DNA of 64,000 bases from an uncultured Clostridium sp. (GCA_947064765.1 CAMSWH010000005.1:1853-65852), one strand, 5' to 3'. Positions 42,669 to 52,946 are shown, numbered from the stretch's first letter. Notes: generated from the letters alone by a model not told the origin. Program-made: numbers and translations.

Positions 42669-42805
42669 GTAATCCCAACAAGAGTTGCTCGAAGCACACG
42701 CATGTACATATTAATGTGTGTGCTTCGACACATTTATATCAATGTATTGTATATAATATAAAATAATGTTATAATTAAATTTATAAATTTAAAGGAGAAA
42801 TAATT

Positions 42806-43339
42806 ATGGAATTATATATAACTAGACACGGCCAAACAGATGGAAATTTATATAGAATTATGGATGGTATTAGAGAAATAGATTTAAATGAAGAAGGAAT
42901 AAAACAAGCAAATAAAACTAAGGATTTACTTAAAGATATAAAATTTGATTTGGTAATTTGTTCACCATTAATAAGAACTAAACATACTATGGAAATTATT
43001 AATGTAAATAAATTTCCTGTAATTTATGATAAAAGAATTATAGAAAGAGATTGTGGTGAATTTACAGGAAAAAGTTTTGATTCTTTAGATAGAGATTTAT
43101 ATTGGAACTATAAAGATACAACTGTTTATGAGAAAGCTGAAAGCATGCAAGAATTATTTAAAAGAGTTTATGAATTTCTTGATGATATAAAAGAAAAATA
43201 TAAAGATAAAACAGTATTAGTTGTCACTCATAGTGGAATAAGTAAGGTAGTAGAATGCTATTTTAATGGAATACCAGAAGATGGGAATTTAGAAGTATTA
43301 AGCTTAAAAAATTGTGAAGTAAGGAAATATGATTTATAG
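42806..43339 (+). CDS. histidine phosphatase (phosphoglycerate mutase family)
   Basis: LYITRHGQTDGN (RHG motif) and VVTHSG. Confidence 0.8.
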   Translation: MELYITRHGQTDGNLYRIMDGIREIDLNEEGIKQANKTKDLLKDIKFDLVICSPLIRTKHTMEIINVNKFPVIYDKRIIERDCGEFTGKSFDSLDRDLYWNYKDTTVYEKAESMQELFKRVYEFLDDIKEKYKDKTVLVVTHSGISKVVECYFNGIPEDGNLEVLSLKNCEVRKYDL

Positions 43340-43341
43340 TT

Positions 43342-44676
43342 ATGGAAGGAAAAGATTTAACACAAGGAAATTTATTAAAAAATATGATAAAATTCTGTAT
43401 TCCACTATTAATAACAAACTTACTGAACTCTATGTATAATATTGTTGATGGAATATGGGTAGGAAGATTAGTAGGAGATGAAGGGATGGCAGCAATTACA
43501 AATTGTTGGCCGATAACTATGATAGCATCATCAGTATTATCAGCAATTGCAGTTACAACTTCAGTTATGGTTGCACAAAGATTTTCAAGTACTAATAAAG
43601 AAAATATAAAAAAGATAATTACACCAATTTATATAGTGTCTATATTATTAGGAATTATTACAAGTGTAATTTTAATAATAACATCTGATATGTGGCTTAA
43701 AATTTTAAACACACCAGAAGAAATTTTATTTATTTCAAAACAGTATTTAATTATTTATTTAACTGGTTACATATTTTATTTTTTTGCTGATACAATAGTA
43801 GAAGGAATTAGAGCAACTGGAGATAGTAAGATACCAATGATTTTACTTACTACAATAAATGTTATAAATATCATTTTAGATCCAATATTTATTTGGATGG
43901 GATTAGGTGTTGTTGGTGCAGCGGTTGCAAGTATGACAGCAATGATTATTGGATTGATTATAAATTTGATTTATATTAATAGAAAAACAAAATTGCTTAA
44001 ATTTAATATAAAATTTATAAAATTAAATAAAGAATTTTTAAAAGAAGTTTTTAAATTAGGATTTCCAATGTTATTTGCTGAGCTTTCAACTATTTTTACA
44101 ATTATGGTTGAAGTATATGTATCAAATTCATTAGGTGTAGTTGGAAGTAGTAGTTATGGAATTGTAAGCAAATTACAATCTTTTTTCTATGTAATAGGAA
44201 CAAGTATAAAAAGTATGATTACAATAGTAGTTGCACAGTTTATAGGTAAGAAAGCCTTAGAAAGTTTGAGTAAGATAATGAAAAATGGATTAAAAATAAT
44301 ATTAGTACCTACAATTTTAATTGCATTATTTTTATTAATAAGTTCAAGATGGTTTTGCTCAATATTCACAAATAGTGAAGAAGTTATAAACATGGCAATT
44401 GATTATTTAAGTATAGTAGGAATTGCATTTGTATCAATACCATTATCTCAACTAATGATGGGATTTGTATTAGGAGTGGGAAATACTAGATTTGCATTTG
44501 TAACGCTTGCTATTGCAAGTATTGCAGAAATCATAATATTGCTAGGAATTGAGTATTATTGTAATGAACCATTACTTGCTTTAGGTGTAAGTATTTTAGC
44601 ATGGTATATAGCAGATATTGTTTGTTGCAGTGGATATTATTTTTCAAATAAATGGAAGAAAAAAGTAATCGCTTAA
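43342..44676 (+). CDS. MATE-family efflux transporter
   Basis: The N-terminus GNLLKNMIKFCIPLLITNLLNSMYNIVDGIWVGRLVG is typical. About 12 hydrophobic segments. Confidence 0.8.
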   Translation: MEGKDLTQGNLLKNMIKFCIPLLITNLLNSMYNIVDGIWVGRLVGDEGMAAITNCWPITMIASSVLSAIAVTTSVMVAQRFSSTNKENIKKIITPIYIVSILLGIITSVILIITSDMWLKILNTPEEILFISKQYLIIYLTGYIFYFFADTIVEGIRATGDSKIPMILLTTINVINIILDPIFIWMGLGVVGAAVASMTAMIIGLIINLIYINRKTKLLKFNIKFIKLNKEFLKEVFKLGFPMLFAELSTIFTIMVEVYVSNSLGVVGSSSYGIVSKLQSFFYVIGTSIKSMITIVVAQFIGKKALESLSKIMKNGLKIILVPTILIALFLLISSRWFCSIFTNSEEVINMAIDYLSIVGIAFVSIPLSQLMMGFVLGVGNTRFAFVTLAIASIAEIIILLGIEYYCNEPLLALGVSILAWYIADIVCCSGYYFSNKWKKKVIA

Positions 44677-44757
44677 AAAATAAAGTAGACACATTTTGAA
44701 GTAAATTTCATTTGTGTCTATTTTATTATTTAAACTATTTTTTATAAAGTATAAAAT

Positions 44758-45762
44758 TTAAGAATTTCTATTTATAAAAGTTTCAAGACTAATCTCACCA
44801 TCAGTATCAAGAATAAAAATTTCTTTTTTTAATTCAACTCCATAAAGTTCTTTTACTCTATTTATAGTATGAACAAATAATTTAGCAACATCTTTATCAG
44901 TAGTATTTGTTCCAGTTATAAAGTGATTATTACCATTTGGACTAAAAGTTGCTCCATTAAAATTACCGTTAATTGAAGGATTTTCAGCCAGAAGATGTCT
45001 AAAAGATTTTCCAGTTATATTTTTAAAATGAGCATAGATCCATAGAGAACCAGCACTTCCTTCTTTAAATCCATAATATAGGCCAGGTTTTCTTCTATCC
45101 ATTTGTGCATCAAATTTTTTCCTTACTAACTCTTCACCAACAAATTTAGATTTTAAAACTACTTCTTTAACAAAAAATCTTGTTTTATTTCTATTACTTT
45201 CTCGTATAAAGCTTTCACGAAGAGAAAAGAAATTTTCATCAGGAGTAAATTTTATAGTTTCACATTTTTCAAAATCGAATACAGTTACTTCTTTAACAAA
45301 ATCACTAAAGGCTTTTCCACTAGGAGTGTATCCAGCATTTCCAGTAACTCCAGCACCGACTAATCCAGGAATTCCTGTAAGTTCGCCAAAGTCATAACCA
45401 CGTTTCATTGTAAAATTAACAAATTCATATACAGATACATTACCTGTAACAGTAAATGATTCTGAAGATTCATTAAAAACTATTTTTCCATTATAAGGTC
45501 TCATATCAATAAAAAGACCATTATAACCATTATCTGTTATGTATAAATTAGTTTTTGAGCCAAATATTTTAAATGGAATGTCATCTTTATAAAGCTTATG
45601 TAAAACTTGTAAATCGTTTTCTAAAGTGCTATCAAAAATTAATTGATAATATCCACTAGCATTACCAGCTTTTTTTTTGAAAGGATGCTTATTAGATAAA
45701 TTATAGTTAGTTATGACTTTTCTTGAAAAATTGTAATTATCAAAATTAATATTTATATTCAT
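44758..45762 (-). CDS. divergent MurB-like (UDP-N-acetylenolpyruvoylglucosamine reductase family) protein
   Basis: C-terminal pattern GSAGS...GATFSPNGNNHFITGTNTTDKDVAKLFVHTINRVKELYGVELKKEIFIL parallels MurB SAGS..GGA.VS..HANFIVN.G.AT..D...L. The N-terminal GGGSN motif is degenerate (FGSKTN). Confidence 0.45.
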   Translation of the reverse strand: MNININFDNYNFSRKVITNYNLSNKHPFKKKAGNASGYYQLIFDSTLENDLQVLHKLYKDDIPFKIFGSKTNLYITDNGYNGLFIDMRPYNGKIVFNESSESFTVTGNVSVYEFVNFTMKRGYDFGELTGIPGLVGAGVTGNAGYTPSGKAFSDFVKEVTVFDFEKCETIKFTPDENFFSLRESFIRESNRNKTRFFVKEVVLKSKFVGEELVRKKFDAQMDRRKPGLYYGFKEGSAGSLWIYAHFKNITGKSFRHLLAENPSINGNFNGATFSPNGNNHFITGTNTTDKDVAKLFVHTINRVKELYGVELKKEIFILDTDGEISLETFINRNS

Positions 45763-45828
45763 TATTTAATCTCCTTTATAAGATAGAAAGTTATTAGTAT
45801 ATTTAAAATATATATTAATAACTATACT

Positions 45829-46701
45829 TTAATCTTCGATTTTGAATTGACTTGCTAATTTGTCAATGGTGATTCCACCTTGATTTTTCCAATCGATTTC
45901 AATATCATTAAATCTTTTATCTTGAAAATCATTAAGTATTTTTAAATCTTCAGGTTGAATAGTAAAATCTAGTGATTTTAAGTTAGTATCAATATTTTTA
46001 ATAGTATTAGTTTTTATTATAGTATTTAATTTCTTTTCTTTCATTAACCAATTAAGTAAAATTTGATTTTGAGTTTTGTTATATTTATTTGCTATTTCTA
46101 CTAAGAATGGATAATTCATTTTAGCAATATTGTTTCTTCGTAAAGCTTGATAAACAACGAATTTAATATTATTTTGTTTGCAAAAATCAATTAATCCAAC
46201 ATTTTCGTAATACTTACATTCTAAATTATAAACACCTTCAAAACTAAATATATTAAAATGTTTATGAAGCTCTTTAAGTTCATCAAAAGTAGTATTACTA
46301 GCAGAAATATATTTAACTTTACCTTTTTTTACTAACTTATCAATTTCTTCATATGTTTCTAGTAAAGGTATTTTTGAAACATATGAAGTATGTACTTGAA
46401 GTGCATCTACATAATCAATATTCATTCTTGTTAAATATTCATCTAGTTGTTTTTCTACATCTTCTTTTTTTTCAATATAAGCTTCTAGATGACATGTAAG
46501 GAATATATCATCTTTGTTTACTATTTTAAAAAAATCTTTTAAGAAATTTACTACATTATAATTATCATAAATTAAACTTGTACTCATAAAATTTTGACCT
46601 TTATTGAAAGAATATATAAGAGCATCTAAAGTTTTTTCTTTATTTTCTAAATCAAGTTTATAAGTGCCTATTCCAATAGGATTAATTTTATTTAATTGCA
46701 T
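45829..46701 (-). CDS. aldo/keto reductase
   Basis: NPIGIGTYKL start region and AKR-like body. ATG 46701 has SD AAAGGAGA. The ORF opens at 46737. Confidence 0.7.
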   Translation of the reverse strand: MQLNKINPIGIGTYKLDLENKEKTLDALIYSFNKGQNFMSTSLIYDNYNVVNFLKDFFKIVNKDDIFLTCHLEAYIEKKEDVEKQLDEYLTRMNIDYVDALQVHTSYVSKIPLLETYEEIDKLVKKGKVKYISASNTTFDELKELHKHFNIFSFEGVYNLECKYYENVGLIDFCKQNNIKFVVYQALRRNNIAKMNYPFLVEIANKYNKTQNQILLNWLMKEKKLNTIIKTNTIKNIDTNLKSLDFTIQPEDLKILNDFQDKRFNDIEIDWKNQGGITIDKLASQFKIED

Positions 46702-46934
46702 AATTAAATCTCCTTTATAATTAATAATTAACGACATTATAACATAGATAATATAAAATAAGCAACAAAATGAGAGTTATAGGATTTCTAATTATTGCAG
46801 ATAATATTAATAGAACAGCATATATGTAATATGTGTTAATATTTTACAATTTACATAAAACTTGCAAAATAGATGCAAAATTATAAATAGTATGTTATAA
46901 TAAATAATAGATATAAAATTAGAGGGAGGAAGCT

Positions 46935-47027
46935 ATGCCTAAATATTCAAGAAAAATGCATGGTGGAGAGCTATGGGCAAAAATAGAAGTACTTGAAAAT
47001 GCTTTAGCTCCTTTATTTAAGAAATAA
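46935..47027 (+). CDS. 30-aa ORF with strong SD upstream of the DUF2000-like gene
   Basis: GAGGGAGGAAGCT then ATG. MPKYSRKMHGGELWAKIEVLENALAPLFKK. Confidence 0.25.
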   Translation: MPKYSRKMHGGELWAKIEVLENALAPLFKK

Positions 47028-47056
47028 AAATAAATTAAATAGAGGAGAGAAAAAAT

Positions 47057-47485
47057 ATGAATTATGAAGATAGAAAAATAGTAGGAATTATAGCAAGTAA
47101 TGTAGAGCCAAGTGTAGCACTTAATGTTATAGGACATTTAGCAATTTCAATAGGGAAATATTCAGATGTAGAAATAATGGGGAAAAAAGTTATTACAGAT
47201 AGTTCAGGAATAGATCATTTAGGGATTAGTAAATTTCCTTTTATAATAACAAAGGTAAAAGCTGGAAAATTAAAAACGACAATAGATTTAGCTAAAGGTA
47301 ATCCTAATTTATTAGTTGCAGATTATCCAAAAGAAATGTTAGATACAAGAACTGATGAAGAGCTTGTGTCAGCAGTTAGCAAAAAAGAAAATGATAAATT
47401 AGAATATTTAGGTGCAGTAATATATGGGAATACTAAAGATGTAGATGAAATTACAGGAAAATTTCAATTATGGAGAATTGATTAA
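47057..47485 (+). CDS. DUF2000-like protein
   Basis: KIVGIIASNVEPSVALNVIGHLAISIG resembles the DUF2000 N-terminus as I recall it. 142 aa. Confidence 0.45.
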   Translation: MNYEDRKIVGIIASNVEPSVALNVIGHLAISIGKYSDVEIMGKKVITDSSGIDHLGISKFPFIITKVKAGKLKTTIDLAKGNPNLLVADYPKEMLDTRTDEELVSAVSKKENDKLEYLGAVIYGNTKDVDEITGKFQLWRID

Positions 47486-47648
47486 AAAGAATATATAAAT
47501 AAAGAGAATAATGGTTGTTAATCAATATTCTCTTTCTATTTTATAGAATGCATAAAATTTAACAAAGTTTTTTTTTAGATATTATTTTCTTTTGTTAATA
47601 TAATAGAATAAATTTTATTTATATTCTTTATTTTAAAATTATCTTATA

Positions 47649-48722
47649 TTAATTAGGAAAATTAATCTCTAATTGTGGAATAATATCGTTTCTAAATATA
47701 CAACGAGTATGTTTTGTTTTAAAAACTTCAAAACATTTATTACAATTTATACATCTACTAGTTTGATTATTTTTTAATTTTTCTATAAAATCTTCTTCTG
47801 AAATAAAAGGTCTACACATAGAAACAAAATCAATTCCTTTTTCTAATGCACTATTAATTTGCTCTATATTTCTAAAGCCACCAACAAGAATTACTGGAAT
47901 GGATATTACTTTTTTGATTTTTAATGCAGATTCTAAATAATAAGGGGTAGGTTGATTAAATTTTAAATAATCAGCTCCACTTAATTCGATAGCATCTAAT
48001 CCATCTTGCTCTAAATATTTGCATACCTGTAGTTGTTCATCTAAAAAATTAGTATAATCAGTATCTTTAGAAGTAGTATTAATTTTTGCAGTTACTATAA
48101 AATTAGAATTTACAACTTTTCTTAATTCTTCTAAAATTTCATGGACAATTCTATATCTGTTTTCAACACTTCCACCATAGTTATCTGTACGTTTATTATA
48201 AAAAGGATCTAAAAATTCACTTAATAAGTATTGATGGGCTATGTGCAGTTGAACACCATCAAAACCAGTTTCTTGTAAAATTAGAGTAGCTTTTACATAA
48301 TCTTTTATGCATTCTTTAATGTCTTCTAAAGACATAGGATAAGAATTATCAATACCACTTGGACTTTTAGCAAGATTGCTAGGAATTTTATTGGCTCTAT
48401 GACCACCATAAGAAATTTGACCTATTATTTTAGAGCCATAATTATGTACAGTATGAGTTAATGTTTTAAAATGTTCAATATTTTGTGGATTATCAATACA
48501 TATATGTGTTATATCAGCTCTTTGATTATTATTAATAGATAATTGAGAAGTTATTATTAAACCAACTCCACTTTGGGCTAGAGTTTCATATACTTTTATA
48601 TAATCTTGTGTAACAGTTCCTTCAAAATCGCCAAGATGTTCATTTGTTGCAGAACGTATAATTCTATTATTTATTTCAAGATTTTTAATTTTAGCTTTTT
48701 GCCATACATCTATTTTTTTCAT
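47649..48722 (-). CDS. NADH:flavin oxidoreductase (Old Yellow Enzyme family) with C-terminal Cys cluster
   Basis: IKNLEINNRIIRSAT, HIAHQYLLSEFL, DNYGGSVENR and a C-terminal CINCNKC...C. Confidence 0.8.
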   Translation of the reverse strand: MKKIDVWQKAKIKNLEINNRIIRSATNEHLGDFEGTVTQDYIKVYETLAQSGVGLIITSQLSINNNQRADITHICIDNPQNIEHFKTLTHTVHNYGSKIIGQISYGGHRANKIPSNLAKSPSGIDNSYPMSLEDIKECIKDYVKATLILQETGFDGVQLHIAHQYLLSEFLDPFYNKRTDNYGGSVENRYRIVHEILEELRKVVNSNFIVTAKINTTSKDTDYTNFLDEQLQVCKYLEQDGLDAIELSGADYLKFNQPTPYYLESALKIKKVISIPVILVGGFRNIEQINSALEKGIDFVSMCRPFISEEDFIEKLKNNQTSRCINCNKCFEVFKTKHTRCIFRNDIIPQLEINFPN

Positions 48723-48961
48723 TTATTACTTATATGATATATCTTAAATAATCATATTCTCCTTGTATAGTATATTTAGGTTTTTGATAAAGGATTTACC
48801 TATAAACTCTATATAATTTTTTTTCATTTTAACACATATATGATAATTTTGTATATATTTTATTTGAATATTTATAAGAATTGTATTAGAAAAGAATAAA
48901 AGAAAACAGTATTAAAATTGTAAAAAGCAAAACTAATTGCAAATGTATTTTAATATAAAAC

Positions 48962-48999
48962 AAAAGACACCTAGTAGCATATGCTACTAGGTGTCTTTT
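48962..48999. terminator. perfect 38-nt palindrome (bidirectional terminator-like)
   Basis: aaaagacacctagtagcat|atgctactaggtgtctttt flanked by A and T runs. Confidence 0.7.
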
Positions 49000-49056
49000 T
49001 TGTTTGGAAAAAAAATACCTGTTACCTGACTTTTTTATATGTATCATTTAGAACAA

Positions 49057-49422
49057 TTAAAATAATTCTGTAACTTCTTCATAGTATCCAAGCTCCATAA
49101 CGAAGTTACAAGCACATACAAATTCAGAAAATGAAAACTCGAACTCAATGTGTTTTCTTCCACTACCGAATGCCATCTGGTAAGAAGCAAGCTTTGCCTG
49201 ACAGGTTATTGCCCAGGTTAAAAGCTTTTGACAGTCATCATAGTATGGATAATCACACCGTCTTCTGTGTGGCTTATCTCTCTGAATTACAAAAAATTCT
49301 TGTAAGTCATAGAGACGTTTGCCTGTAGGCAGTGAGACTTTTTTTGGAAGCTCCATGCTGACTGATATGTTCATTTTGGTCACAATGATTTCGGTTTTAA
49401 TGTTTGTTTTTTTCTCCTTCAT
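49057..49422 (-). CDS. orphan 121-aa Cys-containing protein (in a higher-GC patch)
   Basis: SD GGAGGG precedes the ATG on the minus strand. I recognise no family. Confidence 0.5.
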   Translation of the reverse strand: MKEKKTNIKTEIIVTKMNISVSMELPKKVSLPTGKRLYDLQEFFVIQRDKPHRRRCDYPYYDDCQKLLTWAITCQAKLASYQMAFGSGRKHIEFEFSFSEFVCACNFVMELGYYEEVTELF

Positions 49423-49735
49423 AATTAAATCCCTCCAAAAAGTAATAATAATTGTTATTAAATTATCGGAGGGACTATTGCCCTCCGAAAAGCTTCGAAT
49501 GGCAGTCCCTAAAAAAGACTATCAAATTAATTATATCATAATTTACATAATGCAGCAAGCAATGATATATATTTATTTATAAACAAAAATAGACGATATT
49601 AATAAATTTGTAGTTTTAAAATGGACAAAAAATTGTAAAATAATATTTAAAATTTATCAGTTTTATGATATAAGTAATTCTAGTAAACTTTAATTAGTGT
49701 AAAAAATGTGAATAAAAAATATAGAAGGTTATTTT

Positions 49736-50368
49736 ATGATAATATCAATTGACGGATTAGGTGTTAATGGAAAATCAACATTAGCAAAAATGATTTCAAA
49801 AGAAATGAGATTCAAAAATTTTAATACTGGTGCAATATATAGATGTATTGCATTAGAAATAATGAATCAAAATTTAGATATGAATAATATTGAAGACGTT
49901 ATTAAAAAAATAGATAAAATAAAAATAGATTTTATAGATGATAAAACTTTTCTTAATAATAAAGATGTTTCAAAAGAAATTAGAACAGAAAAAGTATCAT
50001 TTTATTCAACAAAATGGGCAACAATAGTAGAAATAAAAGAATTGGTAAGAAAAATTCAAAGGAATTTTATAAAAGAAAATCATACTGTAATGGAAGGAAG
50101 GGATATAGGAACAAGAATTGTACCAGAAGCTGATATAAAATTTTACTTATATTCAGATTTTGAAACAAGAGTAGAAAGATTATGGAAAACAAATCAAGCA
50201 TTAGATATTAATGAGGTTAGAAAAAATTTAAGAATAAGAGATGATTTAGATATTAATGGTGGAAATTTTGTAAAACCACAAAATGCTATTGCAATAGATA
50301 CTACAAATAGGAATATAGATGAAATATTTGAATTTATGATATGCAAAATTAAAGAAAGGAATAAATAA
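49736..50368 (+). CDS. cmk: (d)CMP kinase
   Basis: IISIDGLGVNGKSTLAKMIS (P-loop) and NTGAIYR. Confidence 0.8.
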   Translation: MIISIDGLGVNGKSTLAKMISKEMRFKNFNTGAIYRCIALEIMNQNLDMNNIEDVIKKIDKIKIDFIDDKTFLNNKDVSKEIRTEKVSFYSTKWATIVEIKELVRKIQRNFIKENHTVMEGRDIGTRIVPEADIKFYLYSDFETRVERLWKTNQALDINEVRKNLRIRDDLDINGGNFVKPQNAIAIDTTNRNIDEIFEFMICKIKERNK

Positions 50369-51240
50369 TGGAACTTATAAAAGTTGGAGAAAAAACTTAC
50401 TATATAAAAAATCCTACTAATATAGGAATATATAAAATAGATGAAAATGATGTATATCTTATAGATTCAGGTAATGATAAGGATGCAGGAAAAAAGATTT
50501 TAAAAATTATAGAAGAGCAAGGCTGGAATATAAAAGGGATTATTACAACACATTCAAATGCAGATCATATTGGTGGAAATAAGATTATTCAAGATAGAAC
50601 AAATTGTAAGATTTTTGCATATAATATTGAAAAATCTTTTACAGAAAATCCAATTTTAGAACCATCTTTCCTTTATGGAGGATATCCTTTTAAAGATATA
50701 ACAAATAAGTTTTTACTTGCAAAAGAGTCAAAAGTAATTAATATAGAAAATAATTTGCCAGAAGGATTAGAGTATTTTAGTTTAAAAGGTCATTTTTTTG
50801 ATATGATTGGAATAAAAACAAGTGATGATGTTTATTTTCTAGCAGATTCATTGTTTAGTGAAGAAACAATTACAAAATACCATTTGTTTTTTATTTATGA
50901 TATAAAAGAATTTTTAAATACCTTAGATTATTTAAAAGGCTTAGAAGGAAAATTTTATATTCCTTCTCATTCAGAAGCAACAGAGAATATATCAAATTTA
51001 ATTGAAATTAACTCAAATAAAGTACAAGAAATATTAAATAAGATATATGAAGTTTGCAAACAAGAAAAAACTTTTGAACAGATATTAAAAGAGATTTTTG
51101 ATGAATATAAGTTAGTGATGAATGCTAATCAATATGTTTTAGTTGGAAGTACAATTAGATCATATTTGTCATATTTGTATAATGAAGGAAAAATTATATA
51201 TGAATTTAAAGAAAATCAAATGATATGGAAGCAGATATAG
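50368..51240 (+). CDS. MBL-fold hydrolase-like protein
   Basis: IITTHSNADHIGG is HxHxDH-like with Asn replacing the second His. 290 aa. Confidence 0.6.
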   Translation: MELIKVGEKTYYIKNPTNIGIYKIDENDVYLIDSGNDKDAGKKILKIIEEQGWNIKGIITTHSNADHIGGNKIIQDRTNCKIFAYNIEKSFTENPILEPSFLYGGYPFKDITNKFLLAKESKVINIENNLPEGLEYFSLKGHFFDMIGIKTSDDVYFLADSLFSEETITKYHLFFIYDIKEFLNTLDYLKGLEGKFYIPSHSEATENISNLIEINSNKVQEILNKIYEVCKQEKTFEQILKEIFDEYKLVMNANQYVLVGSTIRSYLSYLYNEGKIIYEFKENQMIWKQI

Positions 51241-51330
51241 TAATTTAATAAATAAAAAATTAAATATTAAAAGTTGATGAAATTAAAAATTGCATAATGA
51301 TTTCAAGTAATGTAATGATAGGAGAAAAAA

Positions 51331-52293
51331 ATGGGACTAGCAGTAATTTTAATAGTTGTAGGATTTGTATTACTTATAAAAGGAGCAGATTTTTTAGTAG
51401 AAGGTTCAAGTAATATAGCAAAAAAATTTCATATTCCAGAAATAATAATAGGATTAACAGTTGTTTCGATAGGAACTTCAATGCCAGAATTATTTGTAAG
51501 TGTTACATCAGCACTTTCAGGATATTCAGATATGGCAATAGGAAATGCAGTTGGTAGCAATATATGTAATCTATTATTAATTTTAGGATTATCAGCAGTT
51601 ATAAAACCTGTAAAATTTCAAAGGGAAACTAGAATAATAGAAATACCAATGTGCTTAATAGTAACAGTTATTTTTATGATACTTTGTAATTTAGGTACAG
51701 GAATATCTAAAATTGATTCAATGATATTAATTGGATTATTTATACTATTTATATTATATACAATATTTATGGGAATAAAAGGTGAACAATTTGATAGAGA
51801 AGATAATGGAAGTACTCCAAAAGATGATCTTAATAATGATATATCAATAATTAAAAGTATTATATTTGTTATTTTAGGAGCAATAGGATTAAAAATCGGA
51901 GGAGATTTTACTGTAGATAATAGCGTAATTATTGCAGAGCACTTTAATATAAGTGAGCAAATAATAAGTTTAACAATATTGGCAATAGGAACAAGTTTAC
52001 CAGAATTAGTAACAAGTGTTACAGCAGCAATTAAAGGAGATAGTGATATAGCGATAGGTAATATTATAGGATCAAATATTTTTAACATGTTACTTATAAT
52101 AGGAGTTTCAGCTTTTATAAAACCAATAGTATATAATCCTACATATAATATTCAAATGGTAATATTAATATTAGGAACAATATTACTTGCTTTATTTCCT
52201 ATGATACCACCTAAAAATGAAATGAATAAACCGAATGGAGTTATATATCTAATAGCATATCTTATATATATGATTATGTTATTTAAAATTTAG
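51331..52293 (+). CDS. calcium/sodium antiporter (CaCA, YrbG type)
   Basis: Duplicated alpha-repeat motifs GTSMPELFVS and GTSLPELVTS. Confidence 0.85.
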   Translation: MGLAVILIVVGFVLLIKGADFLVEGSSNIAKKFHIPEIIIGLTVVSIGTSMPELFVSVTSALSGYSDMAIGNAVGSNICNLLLILGLSAVIKPVKFQRETRIIEIPMCLIVTVIFMILCNLGTGISKIDSMILIGLFILFILYTIFMGIKGEQFDREDNGSTPKDDLNNDISIIKSIIFVILGAIGLKIGGDFTVDNSVIIAEHFNISEQIISLTILAIGTSLPELVTSVTAAIKGDSDIAIGNIIGSNIFNMLLIIGVSAFIKPIVYNPTYNIQMVILILGTILLALFPMIPPKNEMNKPNGVIYLIAYLIYMIMLFKI

Positions 52294-52307
52294 TGCAAGA
52301 GGTAAAA

Positions 52308-52946
52308 ATGAATATATTAAAACCAAAAGAGAACCTTTTAAAAGACTTGATAGAATTAAATAATTTAGTAGAAAATGCAAAGAATATAGATGTAATTGAA
52401 AATAAAATTGTACAAAACCTTGAAAATGAAAATATTGAATTAAATAATATAGAATTTGAAAATATTGTATTTAACAATGCTAATATTGTGAATAGCATAT
52501 TAGAAAAGAATACTTTTAATAATGTAAAATTTATTAATTGCAATTTTTCAAATACTTCTTTTGAAAAATGTTCATTTATAAGATGTGAATTTAACAATTG
52601 CAAAATAACAGGATGTAATTTTATAGATGCTAGGTTATATAATATTATTTTTAATGAAACTAATGCAAATTATATAAACTTTTCAATGGCAAGTATGGAA
52701 AATATTTTGTTTACTACTACAGGATTAAGAAATAGTTATTTTCAAGAAAACAGATTAAAGAATGTATATTTTGAAAAAGCAGATTTAACACAAGCACATT
52801 TTTCAAATACAAGTTTGAAAAACATAGATTTATCTGATAGTACAATAGAGGGAATGGCAATATCAATAGAAGATATAAAGGGAGCGATAATTAATCAATT
52901 TCAATGTATGGATTTATTATATTTATTAGGTGTTAAAATTAAATAA
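52308..52946 (+). CDS. pentapeptide-repeat protein
   Basis: Runs such as FINCNFSNTSFEKCSFIRCEFNNCKITGCNFIDARLYN. The ORF opens at GTG 52293; ATG 52308 follows SD AGAGG. Confidence 0.75.
   Translation: MNILKPKENLLKDLIELNNLVENAKNIDVIENKIVQNLENENIELNNIEFENIVFNNANIVNSILEKNTFNNVKFINCNFSNTSFEKCSFIRCEFNNCKITGCNFIDARLYNIIFNETNANYINFSMASMENILFTTTGLRNSYFQENRLKNVYFEKADLTQAHFSNTSLKNIDLSDSTIEGMAISIEDIKGAIINQFQCMDLLYLLGVKIK

Noticed and set aside
42277-42733. Minus-strand ORFs of 140 aa and 64 aa in the first higher-GC patch
   Set aside because: Long open frames arise easily on the antisense strand of GC-richer DNA. The plus-strand ORFs have strong SDs, a lipoprotein signal and a downstream terminator, and the minus-strand ones have none of these.
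44758-45762. Calling this gene the housekeeping murB
   Set aside because: The FAD-binding GGGSN motif is degenerate (FGSKTN), and the gene sits among oxidoreductase and efflux genes rather than cell-wall genes. I therefore annotate it only as a divergent MurB-like paralogue.
48723-48770. Three-codon mini-ORF (ATG ATT ATT TAA) with SD AAGGAGA upstream of the OYE gene as a regulatory leader
   Set aside because: It is too short and lacks supporting structure. It may simply reflect a displaced SD or a chance occurrence in AT-rich DNA.
49131-49582. Plus-strand ORFs of 65 aa and 87 aa overlapping the orphan 121-aa gene
   Set aside because: They have no SD, and their translations lack structure. 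They are explained as antisense frames of the minus-strand gene and its upstream region.
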